This document shows positions 23,941 to 37,317 of a stretch of 64,000 nucleotides of DNA, one piece after another (within the stretch, counting starts at the first letter, position 1; each line of letters begins with the position of its first letter). The DNA is taken from assembly GCA_028023455.1 (NCBI GenBank), contig JAQFVV010000003.1:24800001-24864000 (forward strand). The letters run 5' to 3'. Source of the DNA: Epiperipatus broadwayi (Eukaryota > Animalia > Onychophora). The notes beneath the pieces are model-generated. The model worked only from the letters and a program-made list of their open reading frames with translations. It did not search any database and was not told the DNA's origin. The position numbers and the translations under genes were made by a program.

Positions 23941-26604
23941 ACCATATAATTTAATTTTAATTCTAAATTGAATCTATAACTTGTCACAATGTGTCTCAAA
24001 TATTATTCTTTTGTGTGTATTAATTATTATTATTATTATTGTTATTGTTATTGTTATTATTATTTTTAATAAACTTTTTTTCTTTGTTATTCTTTATCCA
24101 TAATCCTCAGTCTTCTATAATCTTGTCTTCTCTGACTATTGCAGTATTCCAATTCCCCATTATAATTGTTCATATGTACTTTGACTTATTCCACTCATCA
24201 CTCAACTATGGAGATGCAACAAAAATAATAGTCATAGTTATATCAAAATATAACATCATACAATAAGCACAAGACAAATTGCATCAAAATAAAGCAATTG
24301 TACTTATAGTCAGTAATATAATTACAATAAAACTTAATTATTTCTCAATGATTACAACCGTTATAATGTAATGCCTCAAGAAATTTTTATATGCTTTAAT
24401 TTCTTTAAAAAAAAATAATTAAATAGGTGTCTATCTCAGTACCTTCCTAGATGTTGTCTGAATTTTGCCAAAAAATCAAATTAGTTTGAAGCTACTTTTT
24501 TGGAGTTTAGCAATATCTTGTATTATTTGTAGTCTAAATGTAAATAACTTTTCTTCATATTTTGCAATCAATGATTTTCTTTTCTACCTTTTTATATAAA
24601 TATTACAATACTTATTACATATATATTTAAGGCTATAACCTTAATACTATGTGTCTTGAGCATTAAATTCGTCACTAGAGAGACCTCTGCAAATCTTCAA
24701 CACAAGATTATGACTTTATAAAGATAAGAGCAGCTACTCTTATCTTCATCCTACTTTCTAATTATATAGACGAATATAAAGCATTTTGATTTGAGAGTGT
24801 GAAGCTGTTGAACTCTTCTAAGTTCACAATTTCTATTAAACACTAATGTTTGCGAAATCTTCCAAAATATAATGAATTAATGTTGAGATCTTGTAGTTAG
24901 AAATATTTGGAACAATGTAAAGTTGTAAATTGTAAATAATACTTGCAATAATAAAAATCAAATTTATTTTATTATATTAATTGACCATACAAAAGCAATC
25001 ACCTGATTTCAGTTAGTAATTTTATTTCTCCATATTTTTTTCCCCCGATTCCTAGTCTAGTTTCTGACTAAAGGCATTCATTGAAGAGAAGTTTTTGATC
25101 AAATTAAGTTTTTTTTGCCACTCTACTCAGTTGAAAACCACTCCAAAAACCCCTAGATCTCAAGTCCATAACTTTACCATTACACTAAACCACAAAAAAT
25201 ATTCATCGCCTTGTCATCCACAATTCTTGTTCTATAGAGATTTACACTATTTAATCTCTTCCTCATCATTTCAGGTAATAGATTTTGTAATTTTTATTTT
25301 AAAAATAAAACAAATAATTTTCGAATAAAATGAACTTATATAAAATATTCAAAATGGTTGCCATCAGAAAAAATGACGCAAACTGCAATATATTACATTT
25401 GTTTGTTGTTGTTTTTTTTCTTGTTTTTATAATCTGCATATCAACACTCATTTGACTAGATTGGATTAACCCCTTTTAACTTCCAGCTAATAATAACGAC
25501 ATAACCGGTATATGGTTGACTAGTTGAATTGGTTACTTGCAAAAATTAAGCTAGTTTGTGAGGTGAAAAAATTCAAGGTTTATTTGGCAGGATTCAAACT
25601 CCAGTTTATGGCAAGGTAGATAAATGCACTAACCATGAGGTTCATAATAATTTACTGCTAATTACATTTTCCTTAATGTTCAAGATTTGCAACCATAAAT
25701 CGTATTTTTTAAGGATTGTACAACAATCTAAAGAAATAAATCTATAAGACAATTGACAACGTTTAACCCTCCCCTTTCGTATAAAACTGATCCTTTGTTA
25801 AATACAATATCAATATGTAACATCACTAAAGCAAAAACTTTCAGTTATATGCTTTATATTATAATGTAAGAAATATTTTATTAATTTTGTGCAAAAAAAT
25901 GAAAAAACAGTATTTAATTACATAAACATAATCCATCAGCATTAGAAGTAGTAAGTCAATCTATTTATTCTATTCTAGTGTCATCTATTATAAAGTGGAA
26001 CAATCACGGGACATTGAAGAAGAGCAAATAGAATTAAATACTCTCATAATGCAGGTGCTAAATGTAAGCAGGAAGTCATGTGACACCTACTATGTAAAAA
26101 AAAAAAAAAAAAAAGGTTCATCATTCGGTAGGTCACAAGTCATTTGAGAATCAAAAAAGTAGAATCAAACTGCAATCCACAGACTTTTAGTTTTTAAATC
26201 CATCACTTTAATTAACTTTGCATTCAATCATGAAAGGTATTGCCATATATTTGTGAAATTAAAAATAAGCCTGTAGACAAATTATATTTTTAGACATATT
26301 GAAGATGATTGTTTAAAACAAGCAAAACATTTTCTATATTATAATTAAAACATTTAATTAAAACAGTGATTTTATAATATTTCTTAAAGAAGGAAAAAAA
26401 TAAAACAATATTGTACTTTCTTATGCTTTAATTTTTATCACCATGCTGTAAAAATTCAACATTTTCAGAATACCAAGTGGAAATCAAATCAGCCTTCAAC
26501 GTTCCAAAACTTAACTCTATAATGTCCACTATTCTGTAGGAATAGCAAAGATAGAAAATATTTTTTCACAGACTGCTGAATGTGAAATAATTCATCATTG
26601 TATT

Positions 26605-26825
26605 TATATATTGGACTATTTCCACCATCTAATATGAGTATTTAGATATTCCAAATACATTTAACTATTAGTAATAGCACACAGGTTAGTATATGCACAA
26701 AGTTTTGAGAGGTATTATTCTCCCTCTTCTTTGGGTGTTGCTGGCCTGACCAGTGACAGTACTAGCATGGGAATTGAACCTGTATCCTTAGATTCTAGAG
26801 TATTGAATTTTAAGGTAACACTCTA
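26605..26825 (-). mobile_element. tRNA-derived SINE
   Basis: Minus-strand head ggatggctcaattagttagag (A box) ... ggttcaattccc (B box); second copy at 27950-28222. Confidence 0.7.
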
Positions 26826-27047
26826 ACTAATTGAGCCATCCTGCCAACATCATTGATACCTTTGAGAAAATCCCACATTTTGGAAAGCTGATGTATATGA
26901 TATAATATTTGAAAGTAATTAATGACTAAAACATATGTACAAAAAAGAGATAGAAGGGGCAAATGTTCTTTTACATTCTTAGATTATATATATCCAAAAC
27001 TTTTGCAGTAAACATAGATCTTTCTATATATATTTCAAACATATATA

Positions 27048-27420
27048 TAAATATAGGGGATTTGAACTGAGACTTTCAAGCACCCACCAACCCACAGTAT
27101 CTCATATAACTGATACATATGACTACACACATATAGAAAAGATAAATAATCACCAATATACATATTTCATGCTAAATCAGCACTCGTCAGTTGGTACAGA
27201 TTATTATCTCCCATACATATATATAATTAGTGCTTGCTGGTTTAGCATGAAATACGTATATTGGTGATTATTTATCTTTTCTACATGTGTGTGGTCATGT
27301 GTATCAGTTGTATGAGATACTGTGGATAGTTGGTGGGTGCTTGAAAGTCTGAGTTCAAATCCCCTATATTTACAATTAAAGCTCCAGGTTTGTGAAGAGT
27401 GCCTGGTCTTCAAATACAAA
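27048..27420. repeat. Family A fold-back (inverted arms of about 135 bp around a spacer)
   Basis: 27050-27183 is the reverse complement of 27235-27372 (aaatataggggatttgaact / agttcaaatcccctatattt). Confidence 0.9.
27153..27194 (-). ncRNA. Minimal type I hammerhead ribozyme, intact core
   Basis: Minus strand: ccaa CTGACGA gtgctg-att-tagcat GAAA tatgta TA ttgg, with distal stem aatc/gatt. Confidence 0.8.
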
Positions 27421-27944
27421 CACACACACATATATATACTTAAATTATTATTCTAATGACTCTTAGAATGCATTCTATTCAACCAGAAAATAGCAGTTAA
27501 GCTTATTTCAGTACATTTCACTAAATGTTATATACTGCTGCTCTGTATTAACTGATATATAAATTCATTTTATCAATATATATATATACCCCTATTCAAT
27601 ACAATTCCCTATCAATATATATCTAAATGATTATTAATAATTTTAATTATGTTTAAAATTATTGCATTTCTTATAATTCTTGATAGACTTTAAATTTAAT
27701 AAAATATATCTTTTTTTTTCTTTTCTTCATATTCGTTTTATCCTCAAAACATAAATCATTGGTGGATGTGCAATTATAAAAACAAAAAAAAAAGATGAAA
27801 AATAACCTTACTAAATTTAAATTTAATATTAAGAATTATATATAAAAAGCAATAATTTCTAATGTAATAAAAATGATGAATAATAATTTAGTTACTAATT
27901 AAACAATAAGTGAGAACCTGAAGATTTGTGATGATGGTGTTCTA

Positions 27945-28372
27945 GTTGTATTTTTATATTGGACTATTTCCATAATCTAATATGCGTATTGAATGTCTTT
28001 AGAAAAAATTAATTTTATTTAAATATTCCAAATACAATCAACTGTTAGTAATAGCACATCAAACAGGTTAGTATATGCACAACATTCCAAGAGGTATTAT
28101 TCTTTCCTCTTCTTCAGATGTTTCTGGCCTGACCAATGACAGTACTAGCATGGGATTTGAATCTGGGTCCTTAGATTCTTGAATATTGAATTTTAAGGTA
28201 ATGCTCTAACCAACTGAGCTTCTCAAAATGTTGTGCATATGCTAACCTGTTTGATGTGCTATTACTAATAGTTGAATGTATTTGGAATATTTAAATAACG
28301 TTAAATTTTTCTAAAGACATTCAATACACATATTAGATAATGAAAATAGTTCAATATAAAAATACAAACTAG
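27945..28372. mobile_element. tRNA-derived SINE (minus, 27950-28222) with an inverted duplicate of its 3' part (28223-28372)
   Basis: Similar to 26605-26825; 28223-28372 is the reverse complement of ~27945-28090. Confidence 0.75.
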
Positions 28373-28611
28373 TGTGAAAATAGCAGTTTAATGCATATGT
28401 AATAAAGAGGAGCAAACCAGACTTTCTCAGGCTATGAATAAACAATACTTTGTATGTTTCTTAAAAATCTTGAACAGTTTTTGGATTTTGATATTTATAA
28501 GTACATACACTCTTATGAACACTGGTGGAAATTCAGAATGGACTTAATATTTATTAAACTAATAATCATTTAGAAAAGGATCTAGACAGAATCTAATTTT
28601 CAATAACCTTT

Positions 28612-29250
28612 TTAAATATATCAAATTTATTAAGCACAAGCAAATAATATTATAATAACATGAAAGGCTTAAACCTTCAAAACCTGCACCTTAAACATGC
28701 TAACGTACAGCCAATCAGATGTAATAATAACTGCATGTGAACCTCTTAATTCTGAAACACAAGTCAGAACTATCAGAAAAATATGGACCCACCTTCTTCT
28801 TCTATGCTTCAATTTATATATAAATAAGCCAGACTCAAGCATTTCAAACTACGAGTGTGAAACTTAAAATACCTTCACATTTAATTCACTAAATATTATA
28901 TATAAATAAACAACGTGTAATCTTTCAATTTACTATACAGCAATTTTTAAATCTAATGAAATGATAGCAACAAATGTAAATATATCAAATTTATTAAGCG
29001 CAAGCAAATAATATTATAATAACGTATTTAAGTTTCACACTCATGGTTCAAAATGCTTGAATCTGGCTTATTTATATATAAATTGAGGCATAAAGAAGGT
29101 GTGGGTCCCATCTTTTTCTGATAGTTCTGACTTGTGTTTCAGAATTAAGAGGTCTACGTGCAGTTATTATTACATCTGATTGGCTGTACGTTAGCATGTT
29201 TAAGGCACAAGTTTTGAAGGTTTAAGCCTTTCGTGTTATTATAATAACCT
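28612..29250. repeat. Family G: ~362-bp monomer with wrap-around plus inverted partial copy
   Basis: taaatatatcaaatttattaag recurs at ~28615 and ~28977; 29020-29250 is inverted relative to 28650-28870. Confidence 0.9.
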
Positions 29251-32200
29251 TTTTAATAACCAAGCAAAAGTTAACAATTATAATCATGAAATTAGCATAG
29301 CTTAATGTATATGTGATTAAGATCAATTAGAGAATGGTGTAGAACGATCTAATTTTTAATAACTAAGCAGGAATTGATCATTATAATCATGAAATTAGCT
29401 TAGCTTAATGTATATATAATTAAGAGAAGGTAGATATGTATTTATACATTTAGAAAATGCACATAACAAAACAAATTTACATTTGAAAGGAGTTTTAATG
29501 CAATCTCTTATTGATAGTAAAGACTTTATGATATCACAATCTATTTTTTTAATGAGCATACTATTACTCATTTGATCAGCTCAAATTAAGTCAATTTAAA
29601 AGAAACTTTTAGACTTTCTATTGAGCCAATATTAAAGTATGGGAAAGAGGACAAAATGTCTATTTCGAGTTTTACACTTTATACCAGTAAAATATATGAA
29701 AACACATTAATTTACATAGTAGCTCTATAAACATTCAAATACTGAACAGCAACGATATAAACAGAATCATTATACTTTAAAAAAAAAAAAAGATTTATGA
29801 ATATAAAAGTGAAATATATTGATTCAGTGGAAGAATAAAAGATAAGAAAATGATGAAGATAAACTTAAAAGTGGGATATGCTAATTTTATTTTTTAAAAA
29901 ATAGAATAGAGAAACATTCAAAAAAAGATCTTAAATAAATATATAACCTATTTCAGGGTCGAATACTATTATTACAATGTACTAAAATAAATCATTGACC
30001 AGCTAACAGAATTTGAACCTGAATAAAAATATACTATCTTATTTCAAGTCAAAAATACTAATCAATCATCTGCATCCAGATATCACTTGTATAGTTTACA
30101 TTTATTGACAATGATCATAAACAAGTTTTTAAAACACACACAAACACACCCCATATCTATATTATAGTTATAGAAATTCAAGGTTTTAAAAATGTATTTT
30201 AAAAAAATAAAAATTCATAAATTTGCATTCATAAATATCCAGTGATGCCTATCTATATAAATCATCCTTAGTCAGCTGTTTCACCAACTTGTAAATACAA
30301 TCAGTTATAATCTTTCTTTAAATTATTAATCTTTATTTTCTTCATAACTATATTCTTTATTTTTTAATTCTTTTTTGTTATTTTTGTCATGTCTAAATGT
30401 ATATATTTTAAAAATTAATTGTATCTTAAGAGTGTATATATATTCATAAAAAGACTTTGAACCAAAATTATGCAGAGAATAGGATTAATGTATTTCTAGA
30501 TAATTACTGGAGTTTATATGGTGAGCTAAAATCATATATATTATGCATAAACATTTTGTGATTTTGTGCATGAATATAGTGATAATTGAATTTGTATTTT
30601 TTTTTATTACTTATTGTTTTGTTTTGTTTTTTAAAAAATATTGAATACTATTTTTTTAAAAAAAATTTTTTTGATTGAAATAATAGGCTAAAAACGCTAC
30701 ACAATATTTGGGAGATGTTATAATAGAATTGTGATCGTTTATTAACATATGGAAACAGTTGAATACATATTTCTTAAAAACTGTCAAAACTGTTACTAAA
30801 GGATGATCTTTTTTTAAAAACAAAACAACTGTTGAAATGTTAAAATTCAGCATTAAGAATTGAAACCCAACAACAGTCCATTTAATTTAATACATGTATA
30901 TATGTGTATAGAGTTAAGTGAACGATATAAGCCACTGAATTAAAAAAGAAAAAATCAACACCATTAATAAACTTGATAAAATAACAAAGCTTTTAACCAT
31001 ATGAAATTTTTTTTATAAATCATATCAGTCAAATACAAAAATAATGGATCAATCATTTCATTATTTTAATTTCTAAAATTTGTTTTGGATAAAATAATTA
31101 ACAATATCACATGGCTTTTTTAGCTGACGTGTTACATTTTCAAAAGCAGTTTTCTTTCTTATACTCTATAGTCATCTATTACAAACTTGAATACTCAATG
31201 AATACCAGATAACATAGTATTATAATATCCACATTCCCATACTGTTATGATTCAAAGCTGGAATTAAAGCAATCCTACACCTTGTAGATATCTTTTACTC
31301 CATTATATTATTCAATAATTTTGAATTTTAAAGACTTTAAGGTTTTTAAATCCAAAATAAGTGATATGTATAGTAATAAAGATATGACATCAGGTTAGTT
31401 TCTACATATTTTAGTAACCTCAATTTTATACCAAAGGTAGATTCTTTCTACTCTTTGACTAGGAAGATTAATACCCATAACATCATCTCATGTTTCTCTC
31501 AGTTTATTTGTATGCTCAGTCACATGATGTGGTCTGTAGTTTATATTACCAGTCTCTAGAACCAGTTATGAAGTCACCTTATTAAACAGTGAATACAAAT
31601 GAAATCCAACCATCAATCACACACACATGGATGGAATTAAAAATATGTTTACATCTTTTACCAATGAAATCTTCATTTTAACATAACAATACAAAATATG
31701 TACAATCATTTGCTAACTTAAAATTATTGTAATATTATGATCTAACTATAAAATTCAGATGCTAAAGTATGTGTTAAACAATGACAAAGCAATAATAAAC
31801 TAATATTATTATGATGACAAATGTTGTCATCTATTGTACAGTTACTCAAAGCAAAATAAAAAAAATCCCAAGTCTGTTTGTGATCTGGAAAAACTTCCGA
31901 GATTTATCTGGCCCAGATTGAAATTCCATATTATATGAATGTTGTCTCTTAATAACATTCATTAATGTAAATTAACTAAATCCTATTAAAATGAAGGGAA
32001 CATCTTGGATGCTATATATTTTCTTTAGGTTAAAAAATGCTAGCTTTAATAAATTAAAAAAAAAAAAAAACATACATCACATAAAAAAGAAATTAACCTC
32101 TATCAAAAATAATTTATATTTTCATATATATGAACAATCCAGTGCACTAACAATGTTCTTAATTTAAAAAAAAACAAGACAAAATCACATTCATACACTA

Positions 32201-34929
32201 CGTATGGATCCATATGCATGCACACATATATAAATTTGTAATATAAAACTATACCTATTTATACAGAAGTTCACAGTAAATTGAAGTTAATGTTCTGTGA
32301 TCGACATCAAAGAGTTAAAAAAATAAAAGAATAATTGGGTATCATTTATTTTATTTTTTTATCTGTGTTATTGTCAATTTGCCAAAGCAACATAATATAA
32401 CTGGAGTGAAGATTTATTAGTAGTATTTCATTATTTCAGATAGTTCATTAAATTTACTTCCTACCAAATACAAATATCAATTTATAATGAAGATAGCATT
32501 GATCATGTAAATCTTACAGATGTATACATATTCATTCTTACTGTAAAAGTACATAAATTCATGTGCTTATAAAGCATATCATAATAATTAATCTATCAAA
32601 TCTTATACTTAATTGCTCAGTAAGTCATGTAACTTTCAAGCACTAGTTGAACATAACAGCTTGACACAACTTGAGATGAATTGAGCTTTTTTGTAATATA
32701 TTTATATTACTCAACTGAGCACATGAATTCTTAGTCCATTAAAATGCAAGTCATCTGTTGTACTTATGACTGAGAAGATCAAATCCAGAATACTTCCAGA
32801 AATTTTTAAGCAGCTGAAAATTTTCAGTTAAAATCATAAAAAAATTTTTTAGGGGGAGGGGGGATTGTATAATCTGATAGATAATCATCAAATATTAGTG
32901 ATTAAATGAGCATTTAAATTTGGTAGCTGGACATCCGGCAAAAAATCTTTTCTAACCAGTGATTGGAATAATTTGCAACATAATATAGTTCAATTCTTGA
33001 TGAAAGATGAAATGAGTTTTGACTTGCAGGTTAATTAAGACTGTTATTTTACTTTATGATCAATATATAATCATAAACATTCATATATACATACATTATC
33101 TGGGGTCTTTATTTATACCAAAACGAAGGATCAGAATTACTTTTAACATGCAGTTGAAAGAAAGAATGCACTTCATATCGCTTATATTCATGTCAATAAA
33201 AGCATTAGTAATGAATTACCCAGATGGCAGTGTTAAATTGATTATTACATTTTGTTTATCAGCTAGTTTTATTCTATAGCCATCTAAGAATCAACTTTTG
33301 CTTCTATTACAAGTGACTTCTGGGTGGCTATCCTTGCTTTCTATTGAGGAAGGTCACTATAGTCAGAATCACTAACTAATAGTTAACAAGTGGACCCCTA
33401 CCCTCAAACGCAGGCTAGTTAAAATTCAATTTATCTAAGAAAAAGTTTGTCTTTTTTAAATCTCTATAACATATGTTTATCAGTTGTAACTTTTATTAGT
33501 TAATATTCCTAATTTTAACAGTTCAATGTTAGAGTTATTTGTCATTTTAAAAGTTTAATTAATAAATTATAAAATCATTTTGTCATTTTAAAAGTTTAAT
33601 TAATAAATTATAAAATCAAACACACTAATTAACTTAAATGTAATATGTCATGTTTCATTACTATGTAAAAAAAAATTATCATTTGGAGTTAATTTTAATT
33701 TAAAATGATAGGAAAATTATTAAAATATTAATGTTGATTTTTTTAAAACTTATAGTATATATATTCTCTTTATATATTAAAGGCAATACTAATAGCACTT
33801 TACATACGCCGGGGAAAAAAAGCTCTTCAAATGGTATTTCACTTAAATACATCTTTTACTTAAATCGCTAGTGGTAATATTCTATAGTATATATAAAGTT
33901 GTCAGTCATTAATTATGGTACCCATGGTTTGTATTGTTCCACACCTACATAGATCAATGGCTTGCTACATTTTATTTATAGAGCAAAGTGAAATAATTAT
34001 CGATTATCTTGAATCTTTTTGGGACTCCAGTAACTTCAAGGAAGTTCAAATCCCATTTGCTTTACTGTTGAAATAGGGGGAGGGGTGCTTGGAATTTAAA
34101 AAAAAAAAATTTCATTTTTCCCTGTATAATTCTTTGATTGTTTGAAAAGATTCTTAGTTAAACAATCAAAAAGAAGATTGTGATTTGAGAAGAGTCTTAA
34201 GTAATAAAACTATATCTTGAAATATTGGCTGGTGATGCAACTTCTCTTCTGATAACTTGAACAAGAATATGTGAAAGAATAGGAAGCCACTTAATATCCC
34301 TTATTTAGGTTTTAATGGGAATATATTTTAAATTATAATCAATTATTTATAATGAACACATTACTTTTTACTGCCTTTATATATATATATTTGTATAAAC
34401 AAACACGTACATCTAGAAATTAAGAAATATATATATATAGCTGTTACTTTTTTTTTTTTCAAACATCGTAGAAAAATTAATGCAACTGTCTTTAATTGGT
34501 TCATTTAAATAGTAAAGACAACATTTCTTATCAGGCTTATCAATTGTCAGAGGCAAGAATTTGAGCAATATATCATTCTTGTTTTACCCTTCAATAAAGC
34601 TATCTAGATACACATTTACCAATTCTAATCTGATTAGAAATTTAAACATTTCTTAAATTTTATCTAGCCTGGATTCAAACCCACTTCATAAACTGTGCAA
34701 CATGAGATCTTTTCTTCTAATAATCCTTTTTAAAAAGAATATTTGCAATTTTTATCACTTTTGGTATGATATTTTTACTACTTAGAGTTAAATACACATC
34801 ATCTTTTCAGATTTGTCTATTCTTTTATTTTTATCATATTTTATTTATTTTAATAATATGCTTTCTTTTCTTTCTACATTTGATATTTTTAAATTATGCA
34901 TTTTTTTTATGCAAAAAATTAGGACTCAG

Positions 34930-34969
34930 TCAACTGATGAGTGCTGATTCAGCATGAAATATATCTTGG
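34930..34969 (+). ncRNA. Minimal type I hammerhead ribozyme, intact core
   Basis: tcaa CTGATGA gtgctg-att-cagcat GAAA tata TC ttgg; palindromic ATATAT stem III, AUC triplet, followed by gatcatttatctttttca as in family A. Confidence 0.8.
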
Positions 34970-37271
34970 GGATCATTTATCTTTTTCAGATGTCTTTATC
35001 AACATGTTTTAGAAATATATGGAGAAGTGGACATTTAAAATATATCTATATATATTTTCATTTTTTCTTCCTGAATCATTTTATTTCTTACTTTATCAGA
35101 TCTAGTTTTCTTTATATTCTTTCTTATAAAGTTTATTTTGGTAATTAAAGATTTTTCCATAATTATTATCCACACTCCAAATTTCTATTCTATATTGATT
35201 ACACTCTATATTAGAGTTAATTGTATCTTCTTCTTTTTTTCTTTTTATCTATTTATTCCAATTACTGATCAGTTGATGAATATCTAGCTATTCTTAATTA
35301 TACAAGCAAGGAAAACTTAAACTTTCACCAACTGCCAGTTGGTTAACCTCCTTCACAATCCCTATTTGGAAAACGGTTGAAAAGTCCTTTGCATTGCGGA
35401 TTAAAAAAATACAAATATGTGTATCTAAATTTAAAATTTACTAGAAAAAACAAATATCTTTTAATTATTTTCAATAAAAACTATTTTAACAGAGTTTTGA
35501 CTTTAAAGATAATTTTTAAAAATAGACAAGTATTTTCAAAACAATTTGGCACGTGATAAAATTAAATTTTAAACTCTTTTATCACAAGCGTTTAAAATAC
35601 ATTTTGGCATAAAAAAAATAATGATTTATTTAAATATTTAACTAATGCTATAGGTGAAAGCGATCATCATGTAGGTCTATGAGTATATATTTATGCGTGC
35701 AATATAAACACACATGCGTGTAACAAATTTATTATTATTAGGGTCTGTCAATTCGATATTGAATACTGCAGATCACATGGCTAGCATTTCGGCAGAATGG
35801 TCTATCATCTGTTTAATTTATCAGATTGTTCAAAATCATATTCATTATTGTGACAATGAAATCCATCCGCATTGATTCCTCTTCAGTAATGAGACTTCTA
35901 AATTGAGTTATCTATCTTCCATCATTATCTCATTTATTATAATAATAATGCAATCTATCCATATTGTTTTTTTCTCAGTGCGCTTTTAGACTTGAGTGAC
36001 CCACATTATAGCACTATATGTAGAACCATTCTTTTTTGTTATACTGTTTATGATTTTCTATACCAGCATATGGGAATGTTTTTCTGATGGTCTATTCCAT
36101 ATAATTAGAAGTAATGTTTACTTTTTGCATGTAGGTAATTACCTTCATCATCATCACCTTGCATTGCTGTTGACTGATATAATAAATATTTGGAAGATAA
36201 ACATAAAAAAAGACAAGACAAAATAGATATAAAATAAAACAAATAAGGAAAAAGGAATAAACCATCCTTAGAAAGATTGATAAAGGTGTGGAAAAATCTC
36301 ATAATAAATTTCATTATATACATAACATATAAAATTTTTATTATTGTAAATAATTCAAAAACATTTTGCAAAAATTGTACTCATTAAACCATAGAGAAAT
36401 GATAACCAGAACCATCAAAACATGGAATTAAATAAAATGTTATATAATTATATAACAAACTAATATAATATGCAGCAAACTATTGCATGTATTAGAAATT
36501 GATTCTGAAACTAAATTAATCAACAAATTTGGAGTCTTTGAAAGAACATCAAATGGAAGGACTTGTAGTTCAAATATATTTCAATTAATTTGATTCGATT
36601 TCATGATAACTCTTATCAAGTATTCAATTTTCGAGACACTTTCCACCAAGAAGACTTCAAATGAGACCAGTATGTGAATTCAATATTGTAAATAATAAAG
36701 TTAAAATATGCATATATGTATGTGAAATCAGCCTTGTAATTAACCATAGCTGTCTAAAACAGGCCAATGAAGGAAAAGAATTAGTCACCAATCACTTCAA
36801 ATGTTTGTCAATCTTGTTTTATCTTCTGGCTATAAACAGTAAAATATCCATTTATCAAACAATTTTTGATAGTCAGTTATTAACTCAAACAAATTTCCAA
36901 GTCTAAATTTGAGCCCATTATCATAGAGATGCAAGATAAATACACTACCATAATATTAAGAAGTATAGTGATATACATATAAATGTGATTATATTATATA
37001 TCTAAAAATAAGTAAATAAACAAGAAAGATATTTCATTCATATCACTGAAATTTTGAATGAAGTTAAAAAAAAAAAAAGTTAATCTATTAAATACAAACT
37101 CAAATAAACATCAAAGGTTCAAAAAGCAAGTCATATATAACGTGACATTACTTTTATAAGCTTGTATTTACAAAAATGTAATACCGAGAGCGTACCATAG
37201 CTCAAACAAGATCTTAATTGATAAGTGCGGTAAGAGAAAATATTTAAAATCTCTATCCAGAACATTCCTAT

Positions 37272-37317
37272 CTCCAGACCAATTGATCTCGAGCTTATGG
37301 CTCACCTCAGTGAAGAG
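37272..37317 (-). ncRNA. Degenerate family D hammerhead
   Basis: Minus strand: ctcttca CTGAGGT gagc-cataa-gctc GAGA tcaattgg TC tggag. Stem II is perfect, both core boxes are mutated, and the flank matches family D. Confidence 0.5.

Noticed and set aside
24720-24750. gataagag-cagcta-ctcttatc hairpin next to a TGAAGA (minus)
   Set aside because: No GAAA or stem III, so it is not scored as a hammerhead.
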